Shown piece after piece: positions 10,456-22,821 of a stretch of 64,000 bases of DNA (positions are counted from its first letter, which is position 1; each line of letters starts with the position of its first letter). The stretch comes from Pseudobacteriovorax antillogorgiicola (GTDB taxonomy: Bacteria > Bdellovibrionota_B > Oligoflexia > Oligoflexales > RGVZ01). A model generated the notes under the pieces. The model had not been told where the DNA came from, did no database searches, and worked only from the letters and a program-made list of their open reading frames with translations. Where the stretch lies: assembly GCA_945865565.1 (NCBI GenBank), contig CAMBEK010000001.1, positions 163,795-227,794 of the forward strand, in the 5' to 3' direction. A program made the position numbers and the translations under genes.

Positions 10456-10775
10456 AGAAAACCTGCGCGACGTGGATAACCTTGTGGATAAATTGTTAGT
10501 ACACAGTGGTAAAAGCTCTGGATGGATGGGGGTATATCCTCTGTGTATCCTGGGACCAACTTCAGGGCTGGAAAAGAATCCCCACAGCACAACCCAGGAT
10601 ATCCCCACAAAACACACAGGATTACCAAGTGAAAAAAAGGTATTATTCTTATAAATTACAGTATGTTATATGTTATACACAGGACGCAAAGGCCCCCTAC
10701 TAGTACTACTTATTAAAAAAAAGCTTACTCAATTAATTAATAGAGAGAACACCCTCTCTCGATGGAGGTTTCGAA
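10456..10775. other. oriC: Probable oriC (dnaA-dnaN spacer with DnaA boxes plus AT-rich unwinding candidates)
   Basis: Boxes: CGTGGATAA 10471-10479 (1 mismatch), TGTGGATAA 10483-10491 (perfect), TTATACACA 10673-10681 (1 mismatch), plus degenerate ones. AT-rich tracts lie at about 10631-10680 and 10700-10747. All genes to the left are on the minus strand and all to the right on the plus strand. Confidence 0.75.
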
Positions 10776-11909
10776 ATGACCTTTTCTGTCACGATCTCAA
10801 AGCCGCTATTAAATCTGGCCCTTCAACGTGTGCAGGGCGCCATCACAGAGCGCAGTCTGGCAAATGTCGGCCTAAAGGCCGAGGCAGCCGTTTTACACGT
10901 CACTGCCGCCGACCGGATGCTGGCGATATTCAGTACATTCCCAACGGAAACTAAAGGCGAAGGGATTGTTTTCCTCCCGGCTAAAATATTCTCCGATGTC
11001 GTGAGGGAGCTGCCCGACGGAAATGTGACCTTGGAGACCGTCGATCAGCAGATGCGTATCACCGCGGGGGAGCGCGGAGAATTTACGATGAAGATCCCAC
11101 TTGTTGAAGAGGCGGTCTGGCGGGACCCCCCATCCTTCGACTCGAGCAACACGGCCGATTTGCCGGCAGCCAAACTGGTTTATATGATTGAGCAGGTTCA
11201 ATTCTGCGTGAGCCAGGACTCACCCCGGAACTACGGAACGGTTGGCTACTTGCACCGTCCCGCCAAAGGCGGAATTCGTCTTGTCGGCTCCGACGGTTTC
11301 CGACTCTCTTATTGCGAGGTGGACCTGCCTCTTCCTGATGAATTTTTGGCCAACGGCGTGTGTTTGTCCAAAAAGGCTTTGAGTGAGATAGTTCGGCTTG
11401 GCTCAGAGGGATTCGACCGGATCCGCCTTTCTATCTCCCACGACCAGACCACCCTTCTTGTGGCTGCGCCGGATTATCAGGTTTTCGTACGCCTCTCGGC
11501 GGTCAAATACCCGAAGTATGCGGGTGTCATCCCGGATAACAAGAATACCAAGGTTCTTGTGTCACGAAGCCAGATCCAGCACGTGGCCAAGCGGGTCCTT
11601 TTGGCTGCAGACAAAAGCCGGGCTTTGCAGTTGAGCTTTTCTGACTCATCTCTTACTTTAAGTTCAAGAACCATGGGCAGCTCGGAAAGCAAAGAAACTG
11701 TGCGTCTCGACGAGTTTTTTGGTCCAAAGTGTGACATGGTTGTGAACGGAAAGTTCCTGGCGGAAATTTTTTCAACCACGCCGAGTGATAAAGTCACCTT
11801 GCAGTTCAAGGATGGCGAAGATCCAATCGTAGTTGTCCCGCGCGAGGAGCCGGCCGATTGCAAATCAAAACACATTCTGGTTCCGATTCGCGAAACCAGA
11901 ACCCCGTAA
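10776..11909 (+). CDS. dnaN: DNA polymerase III beta sliding clamp
   Basis: 377 aa. It follows dnaA, has a clamp-like three-domain length, and ends LVPIRE-type. Confidence 0.92.
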   Translation: MTFSVTISKPLLNLALQRVQGAITERSLANVGLKAEAAVLHVTAADRMLAIFSTFPTETKGEGIVFLPAKIFSDVVRELPDGNVTLETVDQQMRITAGERGEFTMKIPLVEEAVWRDPPSFDSSNTADLPAAKLVYMIEQVQFCVSQDSPRNYGTVGYLHRPAKGGIRLVGSDGFRLSYCEVDLPLPDEFLANGVCLSKKALSEIVRLGSEGFDRIRLSISHDQTTLLVAAPDYQVFVRLSAVKYPKYAGVIPDNKNTKVLVSRSQIQHVAKRVLLAADKSRALQLSFSDSSLTLSSRTMGSSESKETVRLDEFFGPKCDMVVNGKFLAEIFSTTPSDKVTLQFKDGEDPIVVVPREEPADCKSKHILVPIRETRTP

Positions 11910-11965
11910 ATTCGGGAGCCGGTGAAACATAAGTCAGACAGCGCAGAGTTCAAGGAGCGCAGTGA

Positions 11966-14548
<2,583 letters not shown>

Positions 14549-14561
14549 TAGGGCCTGAACA

Positions 14562-17012
14562 ATGGAATCCGTTTTAAAGAACGTTTTGCCGATCAACATC
14601 GAAGACGAGATGAGAACCTCATTTCTCGACTATTCGATGAGCGTTATTGTTTCCCGCGCACTGCCTGATGTTCGCGACGGCCTAAAGCCGGTTCATCGCC
14701 GCATCCTTTTTGCAATGTACGGACTCAAGAACTTTCACAACCGCCCGTACCTGAAGTCCGCAAGGATTGTCGGTGACGTGATCGGCCGTTATCACCCCCA
14801 CGGTGACTCCGCGGTTTACGAGGCCCTTGTTCGTTTGGCGCAGGATTTCGCGATGAGATATCCGCTAGTGGATGGCCAGGGAAACTTCGGCTCCATCGAC
14901 GGCGATTCGGCAGCCGCCATGCGTTACACCGAGTCCAGGTTGTCCAAAATGGCCGAACTTCTACTCGCTGACATCGACAAGGAAACCGTCGATTTCGGAC
15001 CCAACTACGACAACAAAGAAGAAGAACCTCTCGTTCTCCCAACCAAACTGCCTCAGCTGCTCGTAAACGGCGCCTCGGGCATCGCTGTGGGTATGGCGAC
15101 CAATATCCCTCCCCACAACTTGCGCGAGATCATTGATGGCCTCGAGGCCCTTATTGAAAATCCTGAGATCACGATCGATGAGCTCATGAATTATATCAAG
15201 GGGCCAGACTTTCCGACCCGCGGACAGATTCATGGCATGGCCGGGATTAAAGACGCCTTTATGACGGGCCGCGGTTCGATCATCATGCGCGCCCGCTCAA
15301 AAATCGAAGACGTTCCAAAATCCCAGGGCCGCGAGCGAATTATCCTCACCGAACTCCCCTACCAGGTCAATAAAGCCCGCCTCATTGAGCGTATCGCGGA
15401 TCTTGTTCGCGATAAGAAGCTTGAGGGAATTTCTGACCTTCGTGATGAATCGGCTGCAGACGAGATTCGGGTGGTGATCGAGCTAAAGCGCGGCGAGATC
15501 GCTGACATTGTGCTCAACAACCTTTATAAAATGACCCCAATGCAGTCCAGCTTTGGTGTCAATACGGTCGCTCTGGTCAACGGCGCTCCGCGGATTTTGA
15601 ACCTTAAGCAGATGCTTGAGTTGTTTTATAAACACCGCCGCGAAGTCATCCTGCGCAGGACCTCGTTCGAGTTGCGTCAGGCAGAGGCCCGCGGACACAT
15701 CTTGCTCGGCTTGAAGATGGCCGTCGAAAACATCGACCAGATGGTAGCCATCATTCGCGGCGCTAAAGATAGTCAAATTGCCCACGCCGAATTAATCAAG
15801 ACCTTTTCCTTGTCTGATATTCAGGCAAAAGCCATTTTGGATCTGCGTTTAGCCAAACTCACAGGCCTTGAAAGAGAAAAAATTGTCGCGGAATACACCG
15901 AAACGATGGCAACCATCGCGAACCTTCGCGATATTTTGGATCGCCCAGAGCGCGTGACCACGATCATCAAAACGGATTTGGCTGAGCTCAAAGAAAATCA
16001 CGGAGACGAGCGCCGCACAGAACTTATTGCTTCCGAAGCCGACGCCATCCGGATGGAACACCTTGTTGCCGATGAAGAGGTGGCTGTCACCATCACCCAC
16101 GGTGGCTACGCCAAGCGGACACCGGTGAATCAATTCCGCGCGCAGAAGCGCGGCGGCAAGGGCAAGAGCGGTATGCTCACAAAGGAAGAGGATGTCGTCA
16201 AGGACCTCTACATCACGAGCAACCACCAGTCGCTGCTTTGCTTTACCAACAAAGGTCGTGTTTACGACATCAAGGTCTACCAGATCCCAGAGGCTCCACT
16301 TCGCGCCCGCGGCAAACACTTTGCCAACATCATCAAACTTGAGGAGCAAGAGCGCGTCGTATCTGTGATGCCGGTCAAGGAGTTTTCCGAGGGTAAGTTT
16401 GTTGTTTCCGTCACGGCTCAGGGCTACATCAAAAAGACGGAGCTCATGGCCTACGCAAACATTCGAACGACTGGCATCATCGGGTTGAAACTTGAAGACC
16501 AGGATTCTCTCGTTGCTTGCGCCATTACTGATGGGAAAAGCGACTTGCTCATGGCCACAAAACTCGGCAAGGCGATTCGTTTCCACGAAGACGACACCCG
16601 GCCAATGGGGCGTGCGTCACGCGGCGTAACAGGAATTCGTTTCTCGGAAGAGAACGACTGTGTCATCGGATTGGAAGTCATCACTGGCGACTCCACAATC
16701 CTTTCGATTTGCGAAAATGGTTACGGGAAGCGGACTCCTCTGGAGGAATACCGGGTTCAGTCTCGCGGCGGCAAAGGCATCTATACCATCAAGGTCACCG
16801 ATCGAAATGGGCCTGTGGTTGGAATCTGCCAGGTTTCAGAAACAGACGATTTGATGATTATGACCTCTGTCGGAAAGATCATGCGCTTTACGGTCGGAGA
16901 GATCGGTGTTATCGGTCGCCTGACCCAGGGGGTCCGCCTCATGAATGTTGAGGAAGGCGAACGAGTCATCAGCTGTTGCAAGGTGATGCAGTTTGAGGGC
17001 GAAGAAGTCTAA
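14562..17012 (+). CDS. gyrA: DNA gyrase subunit A
   Basis: 816 aa. It has [23 protein letters not shown], the AAAMRYTE active-site Tyr block, and a C-terminal beta-pinwheel with the QSRGGKG GyrA box. Confidence 0.97.
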   Translation: MESVLKNVLPINIEDEMRTSFLDYSMSVIVSRALPDVRDGLKPVHRRILFAMYGLKNFHNRPYLKSARIVGDVIGRYHPHGDSAVYEALVRLAQDFAMRYPLVDGQGNFGSIDGDSAAAMRYTESRLSKMAELLLADIDKETVDFGPNYDNKEEEPLVLPTKLPQLLVNGASGIAVGMATNIPPHNLREIIDGLEALIENPEITIDELMNYIKGPDFPTRGQIHGMAGIKDAFMTGRGSIIMRARSKIEDVPKSQGRERIILTELPYQVNKARLIERIADLVRDKKLEGISDLRDESAADEIRVVIELKRGEIADIVLNNLYKMTPMQSSFGVNTVALVNGAPRILNLKQMLELFYKHRREVILRRTSFELRQAEARGHILLGLKMAVENIDQMVAIIRGAKDSQIAHAELIKTFSLSDIQAKAILDLRLAKLTGLEREKIVAEYTETMATIANLRDILDRPERVTTIIKTDLAELKENHGDERRTELIASEADAIRMEHLVADEEVAVTITHGGYAKRTPVNQFRAQKRGGKGKSGMLTKEEDVVKDLYITSNHQSLLCFTNKGRVYDIKVYQIPEAPLRARGKHFANIIKLEEQERVVSVMPVKEFSEGKFVVSVTAQGYIKKTELMAYANIRTTGIIGLKLEDQDSLVACAITDGKSDLLMATKLGKAIRFHEDDTRPMGRASRGVTGIRFSEENDCVIGLEVITGDSTILSICENGYGKRTPLEEYRVQSRGGKGIYTIKVTDRNGPVVGICQVSETDDLMIMTSVGKIMRFTVGEIGVIGRLTQGVRLMNVEEGERVISCCKVMQFEGEEV

Positions 17013-17030
17013 ACCAGAAGAGAAAGCGCA

Positions 17031-17342
17031 ATGAGTAGAATCCAAGTAGATCGCGAACTGGTGCGCAAGGTGGCTGACCTTGCGCAACTTTCTCTTAGTG
17101 ATTCGGAAATAGGCCTCTATCAGGAGCGCCTCAGCAAAGTTCTTTCCTATGTGGAACAACTCGACAGTGTGCACGAGTCCCTGGGTCAGGATTGGCGTCC
17201 AGACATAGCGCGCGGTACTCTGGAATCTTCGACGCCGGAACGCCCAGACGTGGTGGTAGTTTCACTCCCGGTAGAAGAAGCCATGAGACAGGCACCGGCA
17301 CGGATTGGTACAGCGTTTCAGGTTCCAAGGATCATTGAGTAA
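17031..17342 (+). CDS. gatC: Glu/Asp-tRNA amidotransferase subunit C
   Basis: 103 aa. VRKVADLAQLSLSDSEI...YVEQLDSV is the typical GatC pattern, and gatA follows. Confidence 0.88.
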   Translation: MSRIQVDRELVRKVADLAQLSLSDSEIGLYQERLSKVLSYVEQLDSVHESLGQDWRPDIARGTLESSTPERPDVVVVSLPVEEAMRQAPARIGTAFQVPRIIE

Positions 17343-17353
17343 AAAGAAAAATC

Positions 17354-18829
17354 ATGACCGTCAATCTCACCGTCAAATCTATTGTTCAGCAAATAAGGGC
17401 CGGATCGCTGACCCCAACGGCAGTGGCAGAGGCTTATTTGCAGCGAACCAAAACCATCGCTCAAAAACTCAACACTCACCTTCACCTGGACGAGGCCGCC
17501 GCCTTGACCGAGGCCAAAGGGTCCGCGCAGCGGATAAAGGAAATTGGTGCCGACCGGCTTCCCCTGGCCGGCGTTCCGATTTTGATAAAGGACAACATTT
17601 GTGTTCGCGGGTCCAAGACGACCTGTGGTTCAAAAATCCTTGAGAATTATGTCGCCACCTATGATGCAACCGTCATCAAACGTCTACGCGATGCGGGCGC
17701 ATTTGTTCTGGGCAAACTAAATATGGATGAGTTTGCCATGGGCAGCTCTAATGAAAACTCGGCCTTTGGCCCAGTGCGCAATCCTTGGAATTTAGATTAC
17801 GTACCCGGGGGTTCTTCGGGTGGATCGGCGGCCGCCGTTGCAGCCAGGCTGGCACCAGTGGCTCTTGGATCAGATACGGGCGGCTCAATCCGCCAGCCGG
17901 CCAGCTTTTGCGGCATCGTCGGTTTAAAACCCACGTATGGCACCGTGAGCCGCTTTGGTCTGGTGGCCTTTGGTTCTTCGTTGGATCAGATCGGGCCGCT
18001 TACTTGTAATGTTGAGGACGCGGCCATGGTGATGGACGTGCTCACCGGCCAGGATGCGAACGACTCGACTTCAGTTCAACACCCTCACGGCGGTTTCGCA
18101 AAAGCCTTGGCCAATGACTCTGAGGGCTTGAAGGGAAAGACCGTAGGGATTCCCGAAGAGTTTTTTGATTCCGGATTGGACCCGGAGGTCGGGGCGTGCC
18201 TTGAGCGAGCAATTGCCGATGTTCAAAAGGCTGGGGCGAAAATCAAACGCGTTCGTCTGCCCAACATTTCCTACAGCGTTGCTGCCTACTACGTTATTGC
18301 CACGGCCGAGGCGTCGGCCAACTTGGCTCGCTTTGATGGAATCCGTTACGGCTACCGGACCAAAGAAAACGGCGTCAGCCTGAAGGAACTTTATCGCAAA
18401 ACCCGCAGCGAGGGTTTTGGTCAGGAAGTAAAGCAGCGCATCATGCTCGGAACGTTTGTCTTGTCATCTGGCTACTACGATGCCTTTTACGCCAAGGCCA
18501 ACAAGGTCAGGGAGTTGATTTCCCGTGATTTTGCCGCCGCCTTTGATTCAGGTGTAGACCTTCTTTTAACCCCGACCTCCCCCACTCCACCGTTTAAGTT
18601 GGGTGAAAAGTTGTCGGATCCTTTGGCTATGTACCTTTCAGATATTTGTACCATCGGGGTGAATCTTGCTGGTCTGCCTGGAATTTCGGTTCCGTGTGGA
18701 CGGACCAAATCTGGTCTGCCGGTTGGAATGCAGTTGATCGCCCCAAAATTCAACGAACAGACTTTGCTCACTGGAGCCCACGCGTATGAACGCGCCACAG
18801 AATGGCACAAAGACCAGCCGGCCATCTGA
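17354..18829 (+). CDS. gatA: Glu/Asp-tRNA amidotransferase subunit A
   Basis: 491 aa with the amidase signature [13 protein letters not shown]...[12 protein letters not shown]. Confidence 0.95.
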   Translation: MTVNLTVKSIVQQIRAGSLTPTAVAEAYLQRTKTIAQKLNTHLHLDEAAALTEAKGSAQRIKEIGADRLPLAGVPILIKDNICVRGSKTTCGSKILENYVATYDATVIKRLRDAGAFVLGKLNMDEFAMGSSNENSAFGPVRNPWNLDYVPGGSSGGSAAAVAARLAPVALGSDTGGSIRQPASFCGIVGLKPTYGTVSRFGLVAFGSSLDQIGPLTCNVEDAAMVMDVLTGQDANDSTSVQHPHGGFAKALANDSEGLKGKTVGIPEEFFDSGLDPEVGACLERAIADVQKAGAKIKRVRLPNISYSVAAYYVIATAEASANLARFDGIRYGYRTKENGVSLKELYRKTRSEGFGQEVKQRIMLGTFVLSSGYYDAFYAKANKVRELISRDFAAAFDSGVDLLLTPTSPTPPFKLGEKLSDPLAMYLSDICTIGVNLAGLPGISVPCGRTKSGLPVGMQLIAPKFNEQTLLTGAHAYERATEWHKDQPAI

Positions 18830-20309
18830 GGCCCCGGTCAACAAGTCCCAAGAATCCACGGTTCTTGACCGGTATGAACCGGTTATTGGCCTTGAGGTTC
18901 ATTGCCAGCTTAAAACAAAAACAAAGCTTTTTTGCGGTTGTTCAACTTCGTTCGGCGCGATGCCAAACCACAATACCTGCCCGATTTGCCTCGGGCATCC
19001 CGGGGTTTTGCCGGTTCTCAACCGAGAGGTTGTGAACTTCGCCATTCGGTTTGCTTTGGCCGTCGAAGCCAACATTCACGAGACAAGCGTGTTTGCCCGC
19101 AAGCAATATTTCTATCCCGATTTGCCCAAGGGTTATCAGATCACTCAGTTTGATCTGCCATACTGCACCGGCGGCAAAATGATGCTGGCAAGTGGCAAGG
19201 CAGTTCGCCTGATGCGCGCCCACATTGAAGAGGACGCTGGAAAAAACGTTCACGGTGACGAATCAAGTTACGTTGATTTGAACCGGGCCGGTGTTCCACT
19301 GATTGAAATTGTCAGCGAAGCGGACATCCGCAATCCCGAGGACGCTGCCGATTACTTGAAACGGCTTCGCTCCCTGGTTCGCTCCCTCGACATCTGTGAC
19401 GGAAATCTTGAAGAGGGTTCATTTCGATGTGATGCCAACATCTCCATTCGCCCGCGTGGACAGGAGAAGTTTGGAACCCGCTGTGAAATTAAAAACCTGA
19501 ACTCCTTCAGGAACATCGAACGGGCCATCAAATACGAAATCCTGCGCCAAGCAGATTTGCTCGATCACGGTGAAAAGGTCCTTCAGCAAACAATGCTGTT
19601 TGATGCTGCTAGTGGAAAAACGCAAGCCATGCGTTCCAAGGAAGAAAGCCACGACTACCGCTATTTTCCCGAGCCGGATTTACTTCCGCTTCGAATCAAT
19701 GCGGCCCGCGTCGAAGAACAGCGCAAGGTTCTGCCAGAACTTCCTGAAGCTATGGCCGGCCGCTTCCAGGAACAGCATGGATTATCGCCTTACGATGCGG
19801 CCGTTCTAACGTCCGATAAAGATCTGGCTAATTTTTACGAGGCCGTGGTCAAGCGTGTTGCTGGCGCAGTGACCGAAAAAATTGTGGCCAATTGGGTCAC
19901 GAGCGAATATTTGCGCGAGGCCAACAACCGCAGCTGGGATTTCATCAACCCTCCGATCACTTCCAATCACCTTGGAGAATTAATTGAATTGATTGGAAAA
20001 GGGGTCATTTCTGGCCGCATTGCCAAAACCCTCTTCGAGGAGATGGCAGAAAAAGGTCCAGGCAATGGACCGAAAGCGTTGGTTCAAGAGCAGGGCCTTG
20101 TTCAAGTCTCTGACACAAGCGAAATTCGCAATGTGATAAACAAGGTGCTCGATGACAACCCCGGTCAGCTGACGGAATATCTGGGGGGCCGAGACAAGCT
20201 ATTTGGTTTTTTCGTAGGACAGACGATGAAAGTTTCGGGGGGAAAAATGAACCCCCAACTGGTCAACGATGTCTTGAAAGAGCTTCTTGATGCCCGGCGC
20301 AAGGTCTGA
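18786..20309 (+). CDS. gatB: Glu/Asp-tRNA amidotransferase subunit B
   Basis: 507 aa. It has YEPVIGLEVHCQL..., PNHNTCPICLGHPGVLPVLN, and a YqeY-like tail. The only in-frame start overlaps gatA by 44 nt. Confidence 0.93.
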   Translation: MNAPQNGTKTSRPSEAPVNKSQESTVLDRYEPVIGLEVHCQLKTKTKLFCGCSTSFGAMPNHNTCPICLGHPGVLPVLNREVVNFAIRFALAVEANIHETSVFARKQYFYPDLPKGYQITQFDLPYCTGGKMMLASGKAVRLMRAHIEEDAGKNVHGDESSYVDLNRAGVPLIEIVSEADIRNPEDAADYLKRLRSLVRSLDICDGNLEEGSFRCDANISIRPRGQEKFGTRCEIKNLNSFRNIERAIKYEILRQADLLDHGEKVLQQTMLFDAASGKTQAMRSKEESHDYRYFPEPDLLPLRINAARVEEQRKVLPELPEAMAGRFQEQHGLSPYDAAVLTSDKDLANFYEAVVKRVAGAVTEKIVANWVTSEYLREANNRSWDFINPPITSNHLGELIELIGKGVISGRIAKTLFEEMAEKGPGNGPKALVQEQGLVQVSDTSEIRNVINKVLDDNPGQLTEYLGGRDKLFGFFVGQTMKVSGGKMNPQLVNDVLKELLDARRKV

Positions 20310-21417
20310 GACGCCTGAAAAGGATCTAAACCAAACCCTGCTGGCTTGGAGCCAAAAGGGCTTGTTCACCCACGCCTTTGCCGCCGCGGGCGACCTTACG
20401 GCACCCCTGCCCTCAGTGCAGGGATTGCTGTCTCCCGATGGCCGCGACATCTTCGACCTGGCTTCGATGACGAAAGCCCTGGTGACTACGCCAGCAGTTT
20501 TTAACCTTTGCCAAAATCATGAATGGATCATGGACCGACCCATTGGGGACGCTCCACTGACAAGGCGGCACCCCGAGCGATTCACTGGTTTGCCCGAGGC
20601 CTTGCTTGCATTGACTCCACGCCAGTTGCTGCGCCACGAGTCCGGTCTTCCAGCCTGGCGCAACTTTTACGTTCAATGCAGCACCGGACCGGGAGATGCA
20701 CCATTTCGCCGACCCCTTGCTCAAGCCATCGCTTCATATGCAATGGGTTTCAAAGACGCCTTCAAAAACGGCTCCACCACACCCATAAAACCCATCTATT
20801 CGGACGTCGGTTTTTTGGCCCTGGGGATACTCCTTGAGGCATCGTATGGTTCTGATATTTCAGCTATTTTTATGTCTTTATGCGAAGACCCCAAGTGGTT
20901 GTCCACAGCTTCTGTACAGCTCGCCTACGGGGCCGATTTGGCTCAAAACGACCGCCAAAAAAAAGCCGTACCCACCGGTTTTTGCAAAGTGCGCGAGCGT
21001 GATCTGGTTGGTGAAGTCTACGATGAAAATGCCTGGGCCCTTGGGGGGCGCTGCGCCCACGCTGGCTTATTTGGAACGGGCGATGCTTTGGTGGGATTCA
21101 TAAAGGGATTGTCGGCGTCTCCTTCGGGCCGCGCCATGCTGGCGGCACAGGCCTCTGAAATTGGTGGCCCGGAAAACGAATCCCTTCTGGGCTGGCGCCA
21201 AGGCGGAGACCCCGCAGCAAAGCCTTTTGGTGGCGGAAAATCCATGGGCCACTTGGGTTTCACGGGCACCGCATTTTGGATCACGCCCGCCGATCATCCG
21301 GAAAAACCCCTGCGCTATGGAATCGTTTTAACCAACAGGACGATATCTGGCCGGATCAACCCGGCCATCAAGGATTGCCGCCGCGAATTATTTCAACTTC
21401 TCTGGCAGTCGGTGTGA
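20287..21417 (+). CDS. Beta-lactamase-fold serine hydrolase (class C/esterase-like)
   Basis: 376 aa. It has ASMTKALVT (S-x-x-K), YSDVGF, and HLGFTGT (box III-like). The start is uncertain. Confidence 0.7.
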   Translation: MMPGARSETPEKDLNQTLLAWSQKGLFTHAFAAAGDLTAPLPSVQGLLSPDGRDIFDLASMTKALVTTPAVFNLCQNHEWIMDRPIGDAPLTRRHPERFTGLPEALLALTPRQLLRHESGLPAWRNFYVQCSTGPGDAPFRRPLAQAIASYAMGFKDAFKNGSTTPIKPIYSDVGFLALGILLEASYGSDISAIFMSLCEDPKWLSTASVQLAYGADLAQNDRQKKAVPTGFCKVRERDLVGEVYDENAWALGGRCAHAGLFGTGDALVGFIKGLSASPSGRAMLAAQASEIGGPENESLLGWRQGGDPAAKPFGGGKSMGHLGFTGTAFWITPADHPEKPLRYGIVLTNRTISGRINPAIKDCRRELFQLLWQSV

Positions 21418-22571
21418 AGCATTTTGACGTGGCCATCATTGGACGCGGCATTGCGGGACTTTCCCTTGCAAGAGAGCTCCTTCAAAACACCACCAAATCC
21501 ATCGCTTTGATTGGTCCCGAAAAAGCCCTCGATGGCTCTGGAACCATTGTGGCTCAAGGCATAAGCACCATCAGAGGTTTGGTTTTGGCTAAGGATGATC
21601 TTTTTGCGGCCAAGCTTGCGGGGCACCGCCACCTTTCGTCTTGGCTGAAGTCGGTCTCCCAAGAGTCTGGCCTGGACATACCCTTCCACGGCGGTGGGGT
21701 TGGCGAGGTGGCAACAACCCTAGAGGCCTTTCGCGAGGGGATGGACCGGGCTTATCATCGCCGCTTTCAAGGGGTCTTCGGACCCGTCGCCGGCCATTTT
21801 TCAGGTTCAGCACACCGGGCTTACGGGGCCTTACATCAAGGCGACTTCTGGTTTGATCCGGAGGATGCAATGAAAGCCTTGGAGGCGGCTCTGCGCAAGG
21901 CAGGACCAAGATTTACCGCGATTTCCAAAATCGTTTTGTCGGTTTGCCTTCCGGGTTCCGATCGGGTCCAGATTATGACGGATGACGGCCAATCCCTGGC
22001 GGCGTCTCAAGTGGTTTTTGCAGCGGGCGCAAATACGTCGACTCTTTTGGAGGGTCCTTTTGAATTGCGTAGAGCCGGTTGGCGCCGGGTCGAGGGTGAG
22101 ACTTTTATCACGCCCAAAATGGCGGCTGCCCCGTTGCCTTTATTTTTGTCCGATACCGGCGGCCATCACTCCGCCCAGCCAGTCTCGTCATTTGTGCGCG
22201 GCGCCTTTTCCCTCAGTCGAAGAAAAAACGGATCTCTGATCGTTGGTTCGACGACCTATAAAAAAGGCAGCAATTCAAAGAAAAACCCTGTAGAATCAAT
22301 GCTATACGAAGCAGCAATGGTAATGGGAAAGTCGGCATCAGAGCACCTAGTCTGGACACCCCAGTGGGGAGTCCGCCTTCGGGCCAGTGACCGGGCTCCC
22401 GTTTGCGGCGTCATTTCAGGCAGCTCGAATCGCCTTTGGGTGTTTTCTGGGTTCTACAAAAATGGACTGCAATTGGCCCCATTTTTAGCCCAACCTTTGG
22501 CACAAGCCATAGCAATGGATGATGAAAGTCCAATCTTTAGTTATTTGCGCCCAAGTCGATTTGGTCATTGA
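21414..22571 (+). CDS. FAD-dependent oxidoreductase (DAO/glycine-oxidase-like)
   Basis: The track ORF starts at 21276. The likely start is GTG 21414, overlapping the upstream stop as GTGA, giving VKHFDVAIIGRGIAGLSLAREL (Rossmann GxGxxG). Confidence 0.7.
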   Translation: MKHFDVAIIGRGIAGLSLARELLQNTTKSIALIGPEKALDGSGTIVAQGISTIRGLVLAKDDLFAAKLAGHRHLSSWLKSVSQESGLDIPFHGGGVGEVATTLEAFREGMDRAYHRRFQGVFGPVAGHFSGSAHRAYGALHQGDFWFDPEDAMKALEAALRKAGPRFTAISKIVLSVCLPGSDRVQIMTDDGQSLAASQVVFAAGANTSTLLEGPFELRRAGWRRVEGETFITPKMAAAPLPLFLSDTGGHHSAQPVSSFVRGAFSLSRRKNGSLIVGSTTYKKGSNSKKNPVESMLYEAAMVMGKSASEHLVWTPQWGVRLRASDRAPVCGVISGSSNRLWVFSGFYKNGLQLAPFLAQPLAQAIAMDDESPIFSYLRPSRFGH

Positions 22572-22645
22572 TCAACCGGCAGGTCGTTTTTTGCTTCGTC
22601 TTTTTGTTTAACATTTAAGCTGCTCGTCAACTGGAGTCGGACCCC

Positions 22646-22809
22646 GTCACCCTGAGCCGCGCCGCGTCATCCTGAGCGTTAGCGAAGGATCCTCTCTTAA
22701 TCCGTCATTCTGAGGCCGTAGGCCGAAGAATCCTTTCTTCAACGCGAAAGAAAGGATCCTTCGCTAACGCTCAGGATGACGGAGTTCGCTGTGGATGACG
22801 GAGTTCGCT
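22646..22809. repeat. Composite palindromic intergenic repeat (GTCAYCCTGAGC... units)
   Basis: There is a perfect 27-bp inverted repeat: gtcatcctgagcgttagcgaaggatcc (22666-22692) pairs with ggatccttcgctaacgctcaggatgac (22754-22780). Related half-units start at 22646 and 22704. An inner hairpin pairs atcctttctt with aagaaaggat. The direct repeat gatgacggagttcgct occurs twice (22776-22809). Confidence 0.85.
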
Positions 22810-22821
22810 TTGGGTGAAGCG

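Noticed and set aside
15849-16586. 245-aa minus-strand ORF inside gyrA
   Set aside because: It is an antisense shadow ORF, and the gyrA frame is unambiguous.
18786-18829. Identical 44-nt overlaps at gatA/gatB and at lptC/lptA (29087-29130) as a possible shared recoding signal
   Set aside because: The two overlap sequences are unrelated. The equal length looks coincidental and probably reflects start-codon uncertainty.
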